IMG/VR virus record: IMGVR_UViG_3300031964_000018
From: a virus
Reading direction: 5' to 3' (one strand)
DNA: 64,000 nt
Made by a program: the position numbers and the translations under genes. Positions 24,107 through 32,723 of the stretch are shown here, piece after piece (positions within the stretch are counted from its first letter, which is position 1; the number at the start of each line of letters is the position of its first letter). The notes under the pieces were generated by a model. It had not been told where the DNA came from and searched no databases. It saw only the letters and a list, made by a program, of their open reading frames with translations.

Positions 24107-24720
24107 TGTCGATGTATTACGATGCAGCGACGAGAGGTCCTCGACTCTACTGCGAAGTCTGCGAGGGCCGCGGAGAAATTGCCGTGAGGGTGCATGAACG
24201 TGGCGATAGAATGACCTTGGGCTTCGGTCCAACCTTCGTAGTGCCGTCGATGGTGCGGGAATCATCCCGCTCATACCCGTGTCCGGAGTGCAGGCCAGGT
24301 CACAGCCGGCTTGAGGTCGTGCGGAATCAGAGCGTAATGGACATAAGCTACGCCAAGGATCCTCGTTACGTTGAAGGCATTCAGAATCATCTGGTGATGA
24401 ACCTTGCCAATGCCATGAAGAACTCTGGTCAGATCCAGTTCGATTCAAGGCCGGGGCCGCACGGACTCGGTCAAGCTATGATTGCCACTGTCGGCATCGT
24501 CCCGAAGAAGGCCGTCGAACCGGTAGCCAAAATGCTAGAGCAGATGGAAGCAAAGATGACTTGCATGTGCGGGGATTATGTCAATCACCACTCGATGGGA
24601 TCCGGCCACAGTCCGGTGTCGATGTATGATCATGCGTTGTCAGAAACAGAGATGAGGCTGAGCGAGGCCAAGGTCCGCATCGCCCAGCTCGAGTCCAGAT
24701 TGGAGCAGGTGTTTCCATGA
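24106..24720 (+). CDS. Hypothetical protein (204 aa) with CxxC pairs (CEVCEGRG, CPEC)
   Basis: Track ORF. Confidence 0.6.
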   Translation: MSMYYDAATRGPRLYCEVCEGRGEIAVRVHERGDRMTLGFGPTFVVPSMVRESSRSYPCPECRPGHSRLEVVRNQSVMDISYAKDPRYVEGIQNHLVMNLANAMKNSGQIQFDSRPGPHGLGQAMIATVGIVPKKAVEPVAKMLEQMEAKMTCMCGDYVNHHSMGSGHSPVSMYDHALSETEMRLSEAKVRIAQLESRLEQVFP

Positions 24721-24956
24721 ACACCTCATTCGACAACGCCAAACTCAACGCCAAGCCGGACTGCCCGAAGTGTCACGGCACAGGATCATTCATGTACGAC
24801 CACGACCACAGCACCATCTGCAATCTCTGCTGCACGCACAACATGGGATGGTGGAAGCTGGAGAAGCACTACGGATCCAACAACGGCAAGTGGTGTTGTC
24901 TTGCGGGCTGCGGTGCTGTGTCGGTGAAGCGCTCGGAGGTTGATCATGAAGTCTGA
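24717..24956 (+). CDS. Cys-rich protein (79 aa) with a DnaJ-like CPKCHGTG zinc-finger motif
   Basis: Track ORF. Confidence 0.6.
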   Translation: MNTSFDNAKLNAKPDCPKCHGTGSFMYDHDHSTICNLCCTHNMGWWKLEKHYGSNNGKWCCLAGCGAVSVKRSEVDHEV

Positions 24957-25296
24957 TGGGTTTCCCTACGTGGACGTGGACGTCACGCGACAATTCGTGC
25001 CGCCGGCAATGACCAGTAACGCCACTCTGAAGTTCGATGGTCTGCCCTATCAACTCGAGAACAAGCTTCGCGAACACAACGGTACCGGCCAGACGATAGA
25101 TATCCTTGGCACCAAGTTCATGATCGTTGCCACCAACGTGGACTACGGACGCCACAACTTCGACAGGCCGTCGGTCGAAGTCCGGCTGGCGGAGGTCTTC
25201 GCTTCGCCAGAGCCTGCCTTCATGTGCGAGAGCGAAGACTTCGGTTGTGGCAAGTGCCGATCCCAGTGCGAGCCGTGTCGGAGGGCGCGGTCATGA
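24946..25296 (+). CDS. Hypothetical protein (116 aa)
   Basis: The ATG is preceded by GGAGGT at a 5-nt spacing. The track ORF starts 6 nt earlier at a TTG. Confidence 0.6.
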   Translation: MKSDGFPYVDVDVTRQFVPPAMTSNATLKFDGLPYQLENKLREHNGTGQTIDILGTKFMIVATNVDYGRHNFDRPSVEVRLAEVFASPEPAFMCESEDFGCGKCRSQCEPCRRARS

Positions 25297-25991
25297 CGGA
25301 GGCTCAGTTTTATCCTGGAAGCGCCAGGCCCCTCGCGCTCGACTTGTTTTGTTGCGCAGGCGGCGTCGCCGAAGGCCTGTCTCGCGCTGGCTATCAGGTG
25401 GTTGGCGTGGATATCAAAAACCAGCCCCGCTACCCTTTTCCCTTCATCCAGGCAGATGCGACTTCGCTTGAGTTTGCCCGGTTTGATCTGGTCTGGGCGA
25501 GTCCTCCCTGTCAGCGCTTTTCAGACCTCGCCAAGCGAAACGGGAATGCCGAGGACTGGCCGGACCTAATCGAGCCCATGCGGGCCAAGCTGATCGCGTC
25601 TGGCTGCCTCTATACGATCGAAAACGTCGAGGGCGCTCCGCTCAAGCCGACTGTGGTCTTGTGCGGAACGATGTTCCCCGGCTTGCGCGTCCTGCGGCAT
25701 CGGATGTTCGAGGCCAATTTCCCGATCGAGCAGCCGCCGCACGGCAAACACCCGAAGGTCCACACCTTTGACAAGCGCAAATCTCATTTCGGCAAGACGG
25801 ACGAGAACGTTGATTTTGTCCAGGTGACGGGCGGCGGCAACTGCACCTTGGCCGCGGCAAGCAGCGCCATGGGTATCGACTGGATGTCCAAGGCTGAGAT
25901 CAACGAAGCGATTCCGCCAGCTTATTCCGAATACATTGGGCGCGCTGCCTTGACCGTGTCTCGCATCCAACTTCGCGAGGCAGCAGAATGA
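25293..25991 (+). CDS. Compact DNA (cytosine-5) methyltransferase, copy 2 (232 aa), paralogue of 22801-23496
   Basis: Motifs LDLFCCAGG, ASPPCQRF, TIENV and AIPPAYSEYIG. The internal ATG forms an ATGA overlap with the previous stop. Confidence 0.8.
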   Translation: MTEAQFYPGSARPLALDLFCCAGGVAEGLSRAGYQVVGVDIKNQPRYPFPFIQADATSLEFARFDLVWASPPCQRFSDLAKRNGNAEDWPDLIEPMRAKLIASGCLYTIENVEGAPLKPTVVLCGTMFPGLRVLRHRMFEANFPIEQPPHGKHPKVHTFDKRKSHFGKTDENVDFVQVTGGGNCTLAAASSAMGIDWMSKAEINEAIPPAYSEYIGRAALTVSRIQLREAAE

Positions 25992-26332
25992 CGTGCGAAC
26001 GCCAAGGGAGCGATAAAGGTGAATGGCTTTGCCACCGATGCGAAAGCATGTGGTACGGCGAATTGGCAAAAACCGACTGGTTACCAAGCACCTGCCCGAA
26101 TTACAAAGGGTGTAGCGATCCTGCCCAACAAACGCCGGAGCCATTGCGCGAAGCGCTTGAGTTCTACGCCGACCCTACGCGGTATTCGGGACCGAACCAA
26201 CGTTTTGAGGGAGACCCAGACAAGTATCAGCCGGAAGGGCTTTACTACCGCCTTGATGCAACCCGCGACGGCGGGAGCATAGCTCGCAGGGCACTGGCGC
26301 TCTCATCGGCTCACTGCGGGAGCGGCAAATGA
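25988..26332 (+). CDS. Hypothetical protein (114 aa)
   Basis: Track ORF. Confidence 0.6.
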   Translation: MTCERQGSDKGEWLCHRCESMWYGELAKTDWLPSTCPNYKGCSDPAQQTPEPLREALEFYADPTRYSGPNQRFEGDPDKYQPEGLYYRLDATRDGGSIARRALALSSAHCGSGK

Positions 26333-26727
26333 AGGTTCGGGAAAGGAACGAAACTCACATCACCTTCGATGCGGAGGAAGGCGACCAGCTTGTCGTATCC
26401 TATGACAATCGAGGCGAGCCATACCGCGAAGGGATCTCGCTGGCCCTACACGAGCCGGATAAGCCTTGGCGGTCGTGCGTGTTTCTGAGCAAGCACGAGG
26501 CGCAGGGCTTGGCGACGATGATCGACAAGCTTTTTCCTCGCAAGTCATCCCCGATTTCCTCCACACCTCGCCAGACCGATCCCGACTGGAAGCAGGATCA
26601 GGCTGAGACATCACGGCTGCCTCCGGCAGGTCGCGGATGCATTTGCCAGGAGCAGCACCGACGCGGGTATTGCACGGAGCCGGGTTGCCCATACTCGATT
26701 TCCTCCACACACCCGTCGACCTCATGA
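26329..26727 (+). CDS. Hypothetical protein (132 aa)
   Basis: Track ORF. Confidence 0.6.
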   Translation: MKVRERNETHITFDAEEGDQLVVSYDNRGEPYREGISLALHEPDKPWRSCVFLSKHEAQGLATMIDKLFPRKSSPISSTPRQTDPDWKQDQAETSRLPPAGRGCICQEQHRRGYCTEPGCPYSISSTHPSTS

Positions 26728-26912
26728 CCCGCCCAGCAACATTCACCCAGGCCCAGGTCCGGAAGGCTATCAAGGGGGCCGAGAGCGCCGGGCTGCGCGT
26801 CGGATCCATCACAGTCAAGCCGGACGGTTCTATAGTTATTGAGAATGGGGATGTTGATAGTCGTCCGACAAAGCGGCACAGTAAAGCCTTGGCGGGGTGG
26901 GAGGATGTCTGA
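26724..26912 (+). CDS. Small protein (62 aa) immediately upstream of the integrase; possible recombination directionality factor by position only
   Basis: Internal ATG (MTRPATFTQAQVRKAIKG...) with an ATGA overlap upstream and a TGATG overlap with int. Confidence 0.5.
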   Translation: MTRPATFTQAQVRKAIKGAESAGLRVGSITVKPDGSIVIENGDVDSRPTKRHSKALAGWEDV

Positions 26913-27952
26913 TGGCCCAGATCAAGTTGAAATACATCAACGAGTATCGCGACCGGCACGGAAATCTCCATCGCTACTTCCGGCGCAAGGGCGGCAAAAA
27001 CCTGCCACTGTCTGGGAAGCCCGGCTCCACTGAGTTCATGGAGCAGTACAATGCATATCTATCCGATCAGCCGGCTCCGATAAAGCAACAGGTCAACGGA
27101 TCGTTCGCCAAACTGGTGGACGATTTCTATGCCTCGCCCTGGTTCACCAAGAACATCAAGGCGTCGTCCCAGCGCACCTACCGAACGGTTCTCAACAAGT
27201 TGTCCTCGGACCACGGACACCGCGGTGTCGACATGATGACGCCGGAAGCCGTCCAGAGAATCATCGAGAAAATAGCCGGAGAGCATCCAGCTATGGCGAA
27301 CCTGACGAAGGCGGTGCTGCGTCGGCTGATGACGTTCGCCGTCAAGCATCGGGTGGTCGCTTCAAACCCGGCGTCGAGGATGGAATCGTTTGAGATGGGG
27401 GAGCATCATTGCTGGACCGAGAAGGAGCTTGCCCAGTTCGAGCAGAAATGGCCGCTGGGGACACGTCAGCGCCTAGCCTACGAAGCCCTGCTCTGCACCG
27501 TCCAACGCATCGGTGACGTCGCCGCCATGAGCAGGACCGACATTACAGACGGTACGATCCGCGTCGTCCAGGAGAAGACCGGGACCGAGCTCCATATCCC
27601 GATCCTGCCGCAGCTCGAGGCCGCCATGAAGGCGTACCCGGCCAGGGGTCTGGCCATCGTCGGCGCCGAGCGTACCGGATCCCCGATGACGGTCGGATCC
27701 CTGTCTCTGGTCATGAGCGAGGCGATCGAGGCGGCCGGCCTACCAGACCGCTGTGTGTCCCATGGGTTGAGGAAAGCTTCGATGCGGCGGATGGCCGAGT
27801 TGGGATTTTCAACGCACCAGATCGCGTCCTGGTCGGGCCACAAGACCCTGCGCGAGATCGAGCACTATACCAAGGCCGCCGAGCAGAAGAAGATGGCCTT
27901 GGGCGGGGTGGCCGGTAGGTCGAAAAAGAGAACAGAAGTTCCTAACCTTTGA
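26912..27952 (+). CDS. int: Tyrosine recombinase / phage integrase (346 aa)
   Basis: The C-terminal catalytic region reads HGLRKASMRRMAELGFS...WSGHKTLREIEHYT (the R..H-x-x-R..Y pattern). Confidence 0.9.
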   Translation: MAQIKLKYINEYRDRHGNLHRYFRRKGGKNLPLSGKPGSTEFMEQYNAYLSDQPAPIKQQVNGSFAKLVDDFYASPWFTKNIKASSQRTYRTVLNKLSSDHGHRGVDMMTPEAVQRIIEKIAGEHPAMANLTKAVLRRLMTFAVKHRVVASNPASRMESFEMGEHHCWTEKELAQFEQKWPLGTRQRLAYEALLCTVQRIGDVAAMSRTDITDGTIRVVQEKTGTELHIPILPQLEAAMKAYPARGLAIVGAERTGSPMTVGSLSLVMSEAIEAAGLPDRCVSHGLRKASMRRMAELGFSTHQIASWSGHKTLREIEHYTKAAEQKKMALGGVAGRSKKRTEVPNL

Positions 27953-28128
27953 AAGGTTAGGAACTTTCGTCTCTAAAATCACAGCAAAATCAATTACTTA
28001 AAATCTCGTTAGTTAATTTAACGTTACCTTATAACGTTGATATCATTGATCTTTTTGTTCCTAACCTGACCCAAAAGACCCAAAACGCCCACTGAAATCA
28101 CTTGGCTATTTCGAATAGTTCCTAACCT
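27937..28128. other. attP-like region: AT-rich DNA with four copies of GTTCCTAACCT (candidate integrase arm-type sites)
   Basis: A perfect 14-bp inverted repeat AGTTCCTAACCTTT-G-AAAGGTTAGGAACT lies at 27937-27965 and spans the int stop codon. Further direct copies lie at about 28057-28067 and 28118-28128. The surrounding 200 bp is markedly AT-rich. Confidence 0.5.
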
Positions 28129-28428
28129 AAAAGAGGTCTGCCTGACGGGTCATTGCTACGATACTATTTTGCTGATAAAAAATTCCAACCGCCTAGCTGG
28201 GTTGTGGCAAAAAACTCTCAGCAGTCAGAGGGAGGCTCTTACCTCAGCAGCCACCGATGGGTAATACCTCTTTGTGGATGTCCGATCGTCCGGGTAGCAT
28301 CTGTGGAGACGGTTTATGAACGGCCTACGTCTTGTCCTGATCTGACCGAGCCCCCTGCGATAGTGTGGGGATTTTCTCTCAAGCCATCAGGAACAACCCG
28401 ACGTTGCCCATCGAGTAGCCGGAAGTGT

Positions 28429-28674
28429 CTAACCAGAAATTGGGGCAGCCTTAGTCCCGATCCACGTCCCGCAGAACGCCCCCGCCATCGCCGGGATGAT
28501 CATCCAGTGATTGTCGACGTAGTTGATCGTGGAGAATGATCCGAGCGCGATGATTGCGGCTGCTAACCCGCCGGCACGCCACCGATGCCCGCCGTTGAGA
28601 TATAGGGTGTACCGCGCCCAGACGACGTCTAGGGCGAACAGGGTGAAGAAGACGATCGCGGCTTGGAGGATCAT
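28429..28674 (-). CDS. Membrane protein (81 aa, about 3 hydrophobic helices)
   Basis: Track ORF. It is the last gene of the minus-strand block before the att region. Confidence 0.65.
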   Translation of the reverse strand: MILQAAIVFFTLFALDVVWARYTLYLNGGHRWRAGGLAAAIIALGSFSTINYVDNHWMIIPAMAGAFCGTWIGTKAAPISG

Positions 28675-28734
28675 GACCTCTCCCTCATGATCTGCTTGAT
28701 CCGATCCATCGAGACCGGCGCATAGTGATGTCTC

Positions 28735-29013
28735 TCATTTCTTCCCCCTCTTCGTCGACAGCGTCAGCTCCCGCCGCGAAACGATCATGCCAACAGGAAT
28801 CGTCATTGTATTGCCGACGACCTCTTCATGGAGATCCTCGTTCGATACGGACGCCGCGACCGACACAGCCTTGTCCGTTTCCTTCACCAGCCAGCCGCGG
28901 GTGATCACCTGTTCCGGCGCGGCGATGTCCTTGATCGAGGTCCAGCTCTCGCTGTTGGATGATGCGTCGTCCCACACGATCTCGACGAACGGGTATGGAG
29001 GTTTGTAGGTCAT
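28735..29013 (-). CDS. Hypothetical protein (92 aa)
   Basis: Track ORF. Confidence 0.6.
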   Translation of the reverse strand: MTYKPPYPFVEIVWDDASSNSESWTSIKDIAAPEQVITRGWLVKETDKAVSVAASVSNEDLHEEVVGNTMTIPVGMIVSRRELTLSTKRGKK

Positions 29014-29171
29014 GACGGCTCCGGAATGGTGAAGGTTAACGTGTACTCGGTCGGCGGCTGGAAGATCAGGTTGAGGTAGACCGTCTTGGTTACCGGATCG
29101 ACGAAGTGAGTCTCTACGCCAACGAACTCGTACCCCTCATCGATCAAGCCGTAGATTTCCTCGTCGGTCAC
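29010..29171 (-). CDS. Hypothetical protein (53 aa), GTG start
   Basis: In-frame GTG preceded by GGAGGT (CTGGAGGTCGCTGTGACC). The long N-terminal extension in the track ORF is Arg-rich and unlikely to be translated. Confidence 0.45.
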   Translation of the reverse strand: MTDEEIYGLIDEGYEFVGVETHFVDPVTKTVYLNLIFQPPTEYTLTFTIPEPS

Positions 29172-29236
29172 AGCGACCTCCAGTTGGCTATTGCATAGAT
29201 CCCGATGACGACCAGGCAGAAGATGAGGGCGCTCAT
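29168..29236 (-). CDS. Micro-ORF encoding a 22-aa hydrophobic peptide (MSALIFCLVVIGIYAIANWRSL)
   Basis: Read by eye. ATGA overlap upstream and GTGA overlap downstream. Confidence 0.35.
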   Translation of the reverse strand: MSALIFCLVVIGIYAIANWRSL

Positions 29237-29517
29237 GCTGCCATCGCTTCCATCTCGATCGTGCCAGTGCCGGCCTGACCACCAGGGATCATGTTCGGAT
29301 CCGTGGCCGAGTTCAGGATCCGGATGCCGTTCGACCAGAGCCCCTGAAGGTCTGACAAGCTTTCGCCGTCGGGGTGCGCCTTGAACAGATGGATGGCCTT
29401 GGTGATCTGGTCAGCCGCAGCAAGCATCCGACCCTTCACCTTGGTGTCCCGCTCGATCATCGCAGCGTTGCGAAGCTGTAGCGTCAGGCTCTTGCCCGTA
29501 TCGTAATCCATCTTCAT
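29233..29517 (-). CDS. Hypothetical protein (94 aa)
   Basis: Internal ATG (MKMDYDTGKS...) forms an ATGA overlap with the HNH gene stop. Confidence 0.55.
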   Translation of the reverse strand: MKMDYDTGKSLTLQLRNAAMIERDTKVKGRMLAAADQITKAIHLFKAHPDGESLSDLQGLWSNGIRILNSATDPNMIPGGQAGTGTIEMEAMAA

Positions 29518-29930
29518 GCTCTTAGCTCCCTGTGGTGGCGCCATCTGTCTAGGTTGTTCTGTGATCGTGTGCCCCAATAGAGGTGATTGGGATTGACACA
29601 CGCCTCGTGACCATTGCCGCAACTGTGACAACCCTCATGCGACAGCGAGGGCTTTTTTCCTTTGACGCACTGAAGGATGAAGACGTGAACATCCATCGGT
29701 TCGCTATCGATGTTGATGCGTCCGTAACCGTGTGCCTTCCCGTATGGGAACGTTAGGCATTCGTTGCCGTCATAAGGTATCGCCACTTCATCGACCCAGC
29801 GACGAGCCTCGCCCTTGTCGATACCACCGGCAGAGGCGTCACCGTGCCTCCACCATCTCTTGTAGTGTGGATTGCAGTATCCTCGCGCGTAATGCTTGCG
29901 CTCGCATCCATCTATGGCGCAGATTTTCAT
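29514..29930 (-). CDS. HNH endonuclease (138 aa)
   Basis: N-terminal Cys/His zinc motif (CAIDGCERKHYARGYCNPHY) and CHSCGNGHEACVNPNHLYWGT...N. Confidence 0.8.
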   Translation of the reverse strand: MKICAIDGCERKHYARGYCNPHYKRWWRHGDASAGGIDKGEARRWVDEVAIPYDGNECLTFPYGKAHGYGRINIDSEPMDVHVFILQCVKGKKPSLSHEGCHSCGNGHEACVNPNHLYWGTRSQNNLDRWRHHRELRA

Positions 29931-31165
29931 TGATCCGACCCCATAATCATCTCAGGCGTCATGGTGTTGCGGAACACTTCACCGAAGTGCCTCGAATAGG
30001 TGATGACCTTCGCTGAGCGACCGGTTGGCCATCCGCCGTTGGACTCGTGCGCATCCGGTGCCGCCAGCGTCTCGTGCTGCTCGACCTTCATCAGGTTCTT
30101 GGTCAGTAACGCATCCGAGTGACGATGACCGAGATGGGCATACGAGAACTTCGTTCGCCCGTAGATTTCACGGAACCGGCTGGCGAACACGTCATCGACT
30201 TGTCCTGGTCCGCGCTTGTGTCCGTGATGATAGAACAACGATGTCAAGCCGAACTCGTAGGCGTAGTAGGAGCTGGGCGAGCGATCGACCGTGAGCCGCG
30301 GCTCGTTGTCAAAGAACGCGGCAAACATTTCTCTGAGCCATGCCTCGCCCGACGGATCGTGATTGGCGTCAGCCATGATCCAGTGGACGCGCTCATACTT
30401 GTCGAGCATCATCTTGCCCATCCGGCGCAAGACCCGAATGATGACGCGGATCATCTTCTGGAGTCGGCTGTCGGAGTCGAGGACGTGCGCGTGCGTCGGG
30501 GTGACGCTGATCTGTGCGTCGTAATGCAGGAGGTCACCTAGTTGGGCCAGGATGCCCGTCGAGGCGTCCGGAGACAGTCTGATGGCCATTGAGAACCAGT
30601 CGAGATACATCTGCTCGGCGATCTTCAGATCATAGTCCGATCCCGTCTCCTCGCCCCACGACAGCTTGCCGAAGTGCGCGTCGGTCATGGTGTACTGGTT
30701 TGCAAGATCCTCACGACGATGCATCTCGATTAGAGGAGAAGGTTCCATCCTTGGAATCTCTTCCTTGAGCGCATCGACAACGGCCCGCATCGCCAGATGT
30801 CTGGCCTTCGCCTCTGGGGTCTCGATCGTCCACTGCAGCTTGATGTTATTGTCGCCGTCGGCAAGCGTGGACCGTCGGGCAATATCGAAGCCCGGCATCA
30901 GCTCGAGCTGGGGCCCGACCTCAGGCACCTGACGGACGGAAGTTCGAACAACGTCGCCGTTCTTGTCGGTGGTCGTGTTGGTGGACGCGATCTGGAATCC
31001 AGGAAGGACATAGTCCGTTCCCATCAAACCGGCGAGTGCTGCCTTCTTGAGTTGGTACTGAATGCCGCCACGGGAAAGGCCGAGGTGTGCTGCCGCCATG
31101 GTCTGGTCTTCGTCACAGGCATAGTAGGCATCGACGGCCCGTTGAAGTGTCTCGATCGCAATCAT
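29927..31165 (-). CDS. Metallophosphoesterase (calcineurin-like) with an N-terminal HTH domain (412 aa)
   Basis: Ordered motifs TDAHFG (DxH), LGDLLHYD (GD), ADANHD (GNHD-like), YHHGH and LGHRHSD (GHxH). The N-terminal segment AAHLGLSRGGIQYQLKKA is HTH-like. Confidence 0.7.
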   Translation of the reverse strand: MIAIETLQRAVDAYYACDEDQTMAAAHLGLSRGGIQYQLKKAALAGLMGTDYVLPGFQIASTNTTTDKNGDVVRTSVRQVPEVGPQLELMPGFDIARRSTLADGDNNIKLQWTIETPEAKARHLAMRAVVDALKEEIPRMEPSPLIEMHRREDLANQYTMTDAHFGKLSWGEETGSDYDLKIAEQMYLDWFSMAIRLSPDASTGILAQLGDLLHYDAQISVTPTHAHVLDSDSRLQKMIRVIIRVLRRMGKMMLDKYERVHWIMADANHDPSGEAWLREMFAAFFDNEPRLTVDRSPSSYYAYEFGLTSLFYHHGHKRGPGQVDDVFASRFREIYGRTKFSYAHLGHRHSDALLTKNLMKVEQHETLAAPDAHESNGGWPTGRSAKVITYSRHFGEVFRNTMTPEMIMGSDQ

Positions 31166-31338
31166 CGTGTAATGCTCCTGGTATCGCTCAGCTTCAGACC
31201 AGCATTGGCCCGCTCATAGTCCGGTTCGAATTCGGTGATGGTCTTCATCTTCACCGCTATCCACCACTCATGGCAGACCGCACACTCGACGCGGTAGCCA
31301 CCCTGGTGGAAGCGGAGGACTTCGTGGACGCAACTCAA
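31162..31338 (-). CDS. Small Cys/His-containing protein (58 aa), TTG start
   Basis: In-frame TTG overlaps the stop of ORF 31335-31544. The upstream part of the track ORF is Arg/Ser-rich. Confidence 0.4.
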   Translation of the reverse strand: MSCVHEVLRFHQGGYRVECAVCHEWWIAVKMKTITEFEPDYERANAGLKLSDTRSITR

Positions 31339-31544
31339 ACCGGCACCTCTTCGATCACCAGCCGACGAGAGCTGTGAACGTAGGTGTCTGGCAGATGCTG
31401 GCCCTGGACGAGAATAGTGCGGCTGGCTTCTTTCCATTCGTCTGTCATCTTCTTGGCGACGGGGTCCCAGGCGAGATCCTCAACGATTACGACGATGGGC
31501 CAGTGCGAATTCTCTTGGCATTGAACGTGAACTTTGGTGGTCAT
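31335..31544 (-). CDS. Hypothetical protein (69 aa)
   Basis: Internal ATG (MTTKVHVQCQ...) forms an ATGA overlap with the micro-ORF upstream. Confidence 0.5.
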   Translation of the reverse strand: MTTKVHVQCQENSHWPIVVIVEDLAWDPVAKKMTDEWKEASRTILVQGQHLPDTYVHSSRRLVIEEVPV

Positions 31545-31618
31545 GATTTGGGTCCTGTGGAGATGTAGAAAATGAAGAAGAGGAACATGAGGAAGATGAC
31601 GTCGTTGGAATCCATCAT
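31541..31618 (-). CDS. Micro-ORF encoding a 25-aa hydrophobic peptide (MMDSNDVIFLMFLFFIFYISTGPKS)
   Basis: Read by eye. ATGA overlaps at both ends. Confidence 0.35.
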   Translation of the reverse strand: MMDSNDVIFLMFLFFIFYISTGPKS

Positions 31619-31875
31619 GCTGCAGCACCTTTGCCGGCCGTGTAGAGACGGACCGGAACTTGCCAACCGATCACAGACAGCATTACGAACCCTCCGTTGT
31701 TCAGGATGTACAAGTCCTGCGCTGTCGGCTTCCATGCGCTGACGCATTCATTGTTGCCGTAAGAATCTTTGCGGTAGATGATCGGTAACGTGCCGCACGA
31801 ACCATTCTCTTCGGTCCATCCAAGCGGCGCGCCAGGATTGTGGGTCGCGCCTTTAATAGTTGCTACGTCCATCAC
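31615..31875 (-). CDS. Hypothetical protein (86 aa)
   Basis: Track ORF. Confidence 0.55.
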   Translation of the reverse strand: MMDVATIKGATHNPGAPLGWTEENGSCGTLPIIYRKDSYGNNECVSAWKPTAQDLYILNNGGFVMLSVIGWQVPVRLYTAGKGAAA

Positions 31876-32120
31876 TTCACCCCATGCTTCTTGAAGCAGG
31901 CTTCCGCTTGCTTGATCATGTCTTCGGTTGCACCCTGGGAACGTGCCCAGGCCTTGATGTCGTCGGTGGTCATGCCCTGCTGACGAGCTGTCGCAACCGC
32001 TGCACGAATGTCCGCGCAGTAGTCTGAGACTTCGGCGGCGTGAGCGAAGAGCGTAGCCATCATGAGGATGACGAAGGCGAAGAAGGCGCCGACGAGAGCG
32101 ACGTGGAAGTGCTTGATCAT
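31872..32120 (-). CDS. Small exported or membrane-anchored protein (82 aa)
   Basis: Internal ATG ([30 protein letters not shown]) gives a signal-peptide-like N-terminus. Confidence 0.55.
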   Translation of the reverse strand: MIKHFHVALVGAFFAFVILMMATLFAHAAEVSDYCADIRAAVATARQQGMTTDDIKAWARSQGATEDMIKQAEACFKKHGVK

Positions 32121-32206
32121 GGCGTCAACACGGCCCCAAGGAAGATGATGATCGGGCCGATGATGATGAAGCCGATGACGAAGCCGGCGATGAGGTACTT
32201 CATCAT
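32117..32206 (-). CDS. Micro-ORF encoding a 29-aa hydrophobic peptide ([29 protein letters not shown])
   Basis: Read by eye. ATGA overlaps at both ends. Confidence 0.4.
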   Translation of the reverse strand: MMKYLIAGFVIGFIIIGPIIIFLGAVLTP

Positions 32207-32559
32207 CGGACCTCCACCGGCGCCGTGCCGCCCATTCCGATCGCGTTGGCTGCAGCGCGCGACAGATCGATGCAACGTCCACGATGGAACGGACCGCGGT
32301 CGTTGATGCGGACGACGACGCTCTTGCCGTTGTTCAGGTTGGTGACCGTTAGGTGGGCACCGAATGGATGATGCTTGTGGGCGGCGGTCAGCGCCCTCGG
32401 GTTCATGATCTCGCCGGAGGCTGTGCGCTTGCCGCCATAGCCATCGCCGGTCCCGTACTGGGATGCCTCACATCGCTCGGTAGCGAAGACCGGCTCGGAC
32501 GCGGCAGAGCACGACGCCAAGGCAATAAAGCCCAGCGCCGCAATGAGATTGCGGGACAT
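32203..32559 (-). CDS. RlpA-like (double-psi beta-barrel) lytic transglycosylase lipoprotein (118 aa)
   Basis: Lipobox LASC after [13 protein letters not shown]. The DPBB-like core reads TASGE...[27 protein letters not shown]. The ATG at 32559 is preceded by AGGTGA. Confidence 0.75.
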   Translation of the reverse strand: MSRNLIAALGFIALASCSAASEPVFATERCEASQYGTGDGYGGKRTASGEIMNPRALTAAHKHHPFGAHLTVTNLNNGKSVVVRINDRGPFHRGRCIDLSRAAANAIGMGGTAPVEVR

Positions 32560-32600
32560 TGGTTCACCTGTTTGTTTATGGAAGGGTTGGAATCTGGACA

Positions 32601-32622
32601 AAGAAAAACCCGCCAGCGGGTT
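32601..32622 (-). terminator. Short intrinsic terminator in the leader of the RlpA-like gene
   Basis: The minus strand reads AACCCGC-TGGC-GGGTT followed by TTTTCTTTG. Confidence 0.55.
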
Positions 32623-32657
32623 CATCCGGTGGCGGGGCGTGGTAATCGACTGTGTCG

Positions 32658-32710
32658 TTAGTAGGGTAGTTGACCCTTCGTGTCAAGTAGGTAGGTAGGT
32701 AGGTAGGTAT
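32658..32710 (-). promoter_or_regulatory. Sigma70-like promoter TTGACA-N17-TACTAA (minus strand) preceded by a (TACC)5 repeat; second copy of the 547-590 module
   Basis: The minus strand reads ATACCTACCTACCTACCTACCTAC-TTGACA-CGAAGGGTCAACTACCC-TACTAA. The core TTGACACGAAGG is identical to site 1. Confidence 0.6.
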
Positions 32711-32723
32711 CAAATCGGTCCTA

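Noticed and set aside
28153-28539. A 128-aa plus-strand ORF in the att-proximal gap
   Set aside because: GC3 is low, there is no ribosome-binding site, and it overlaps the membrane-protein gene 28429-28674 on the other strand. It is retained only as a weak possibility.
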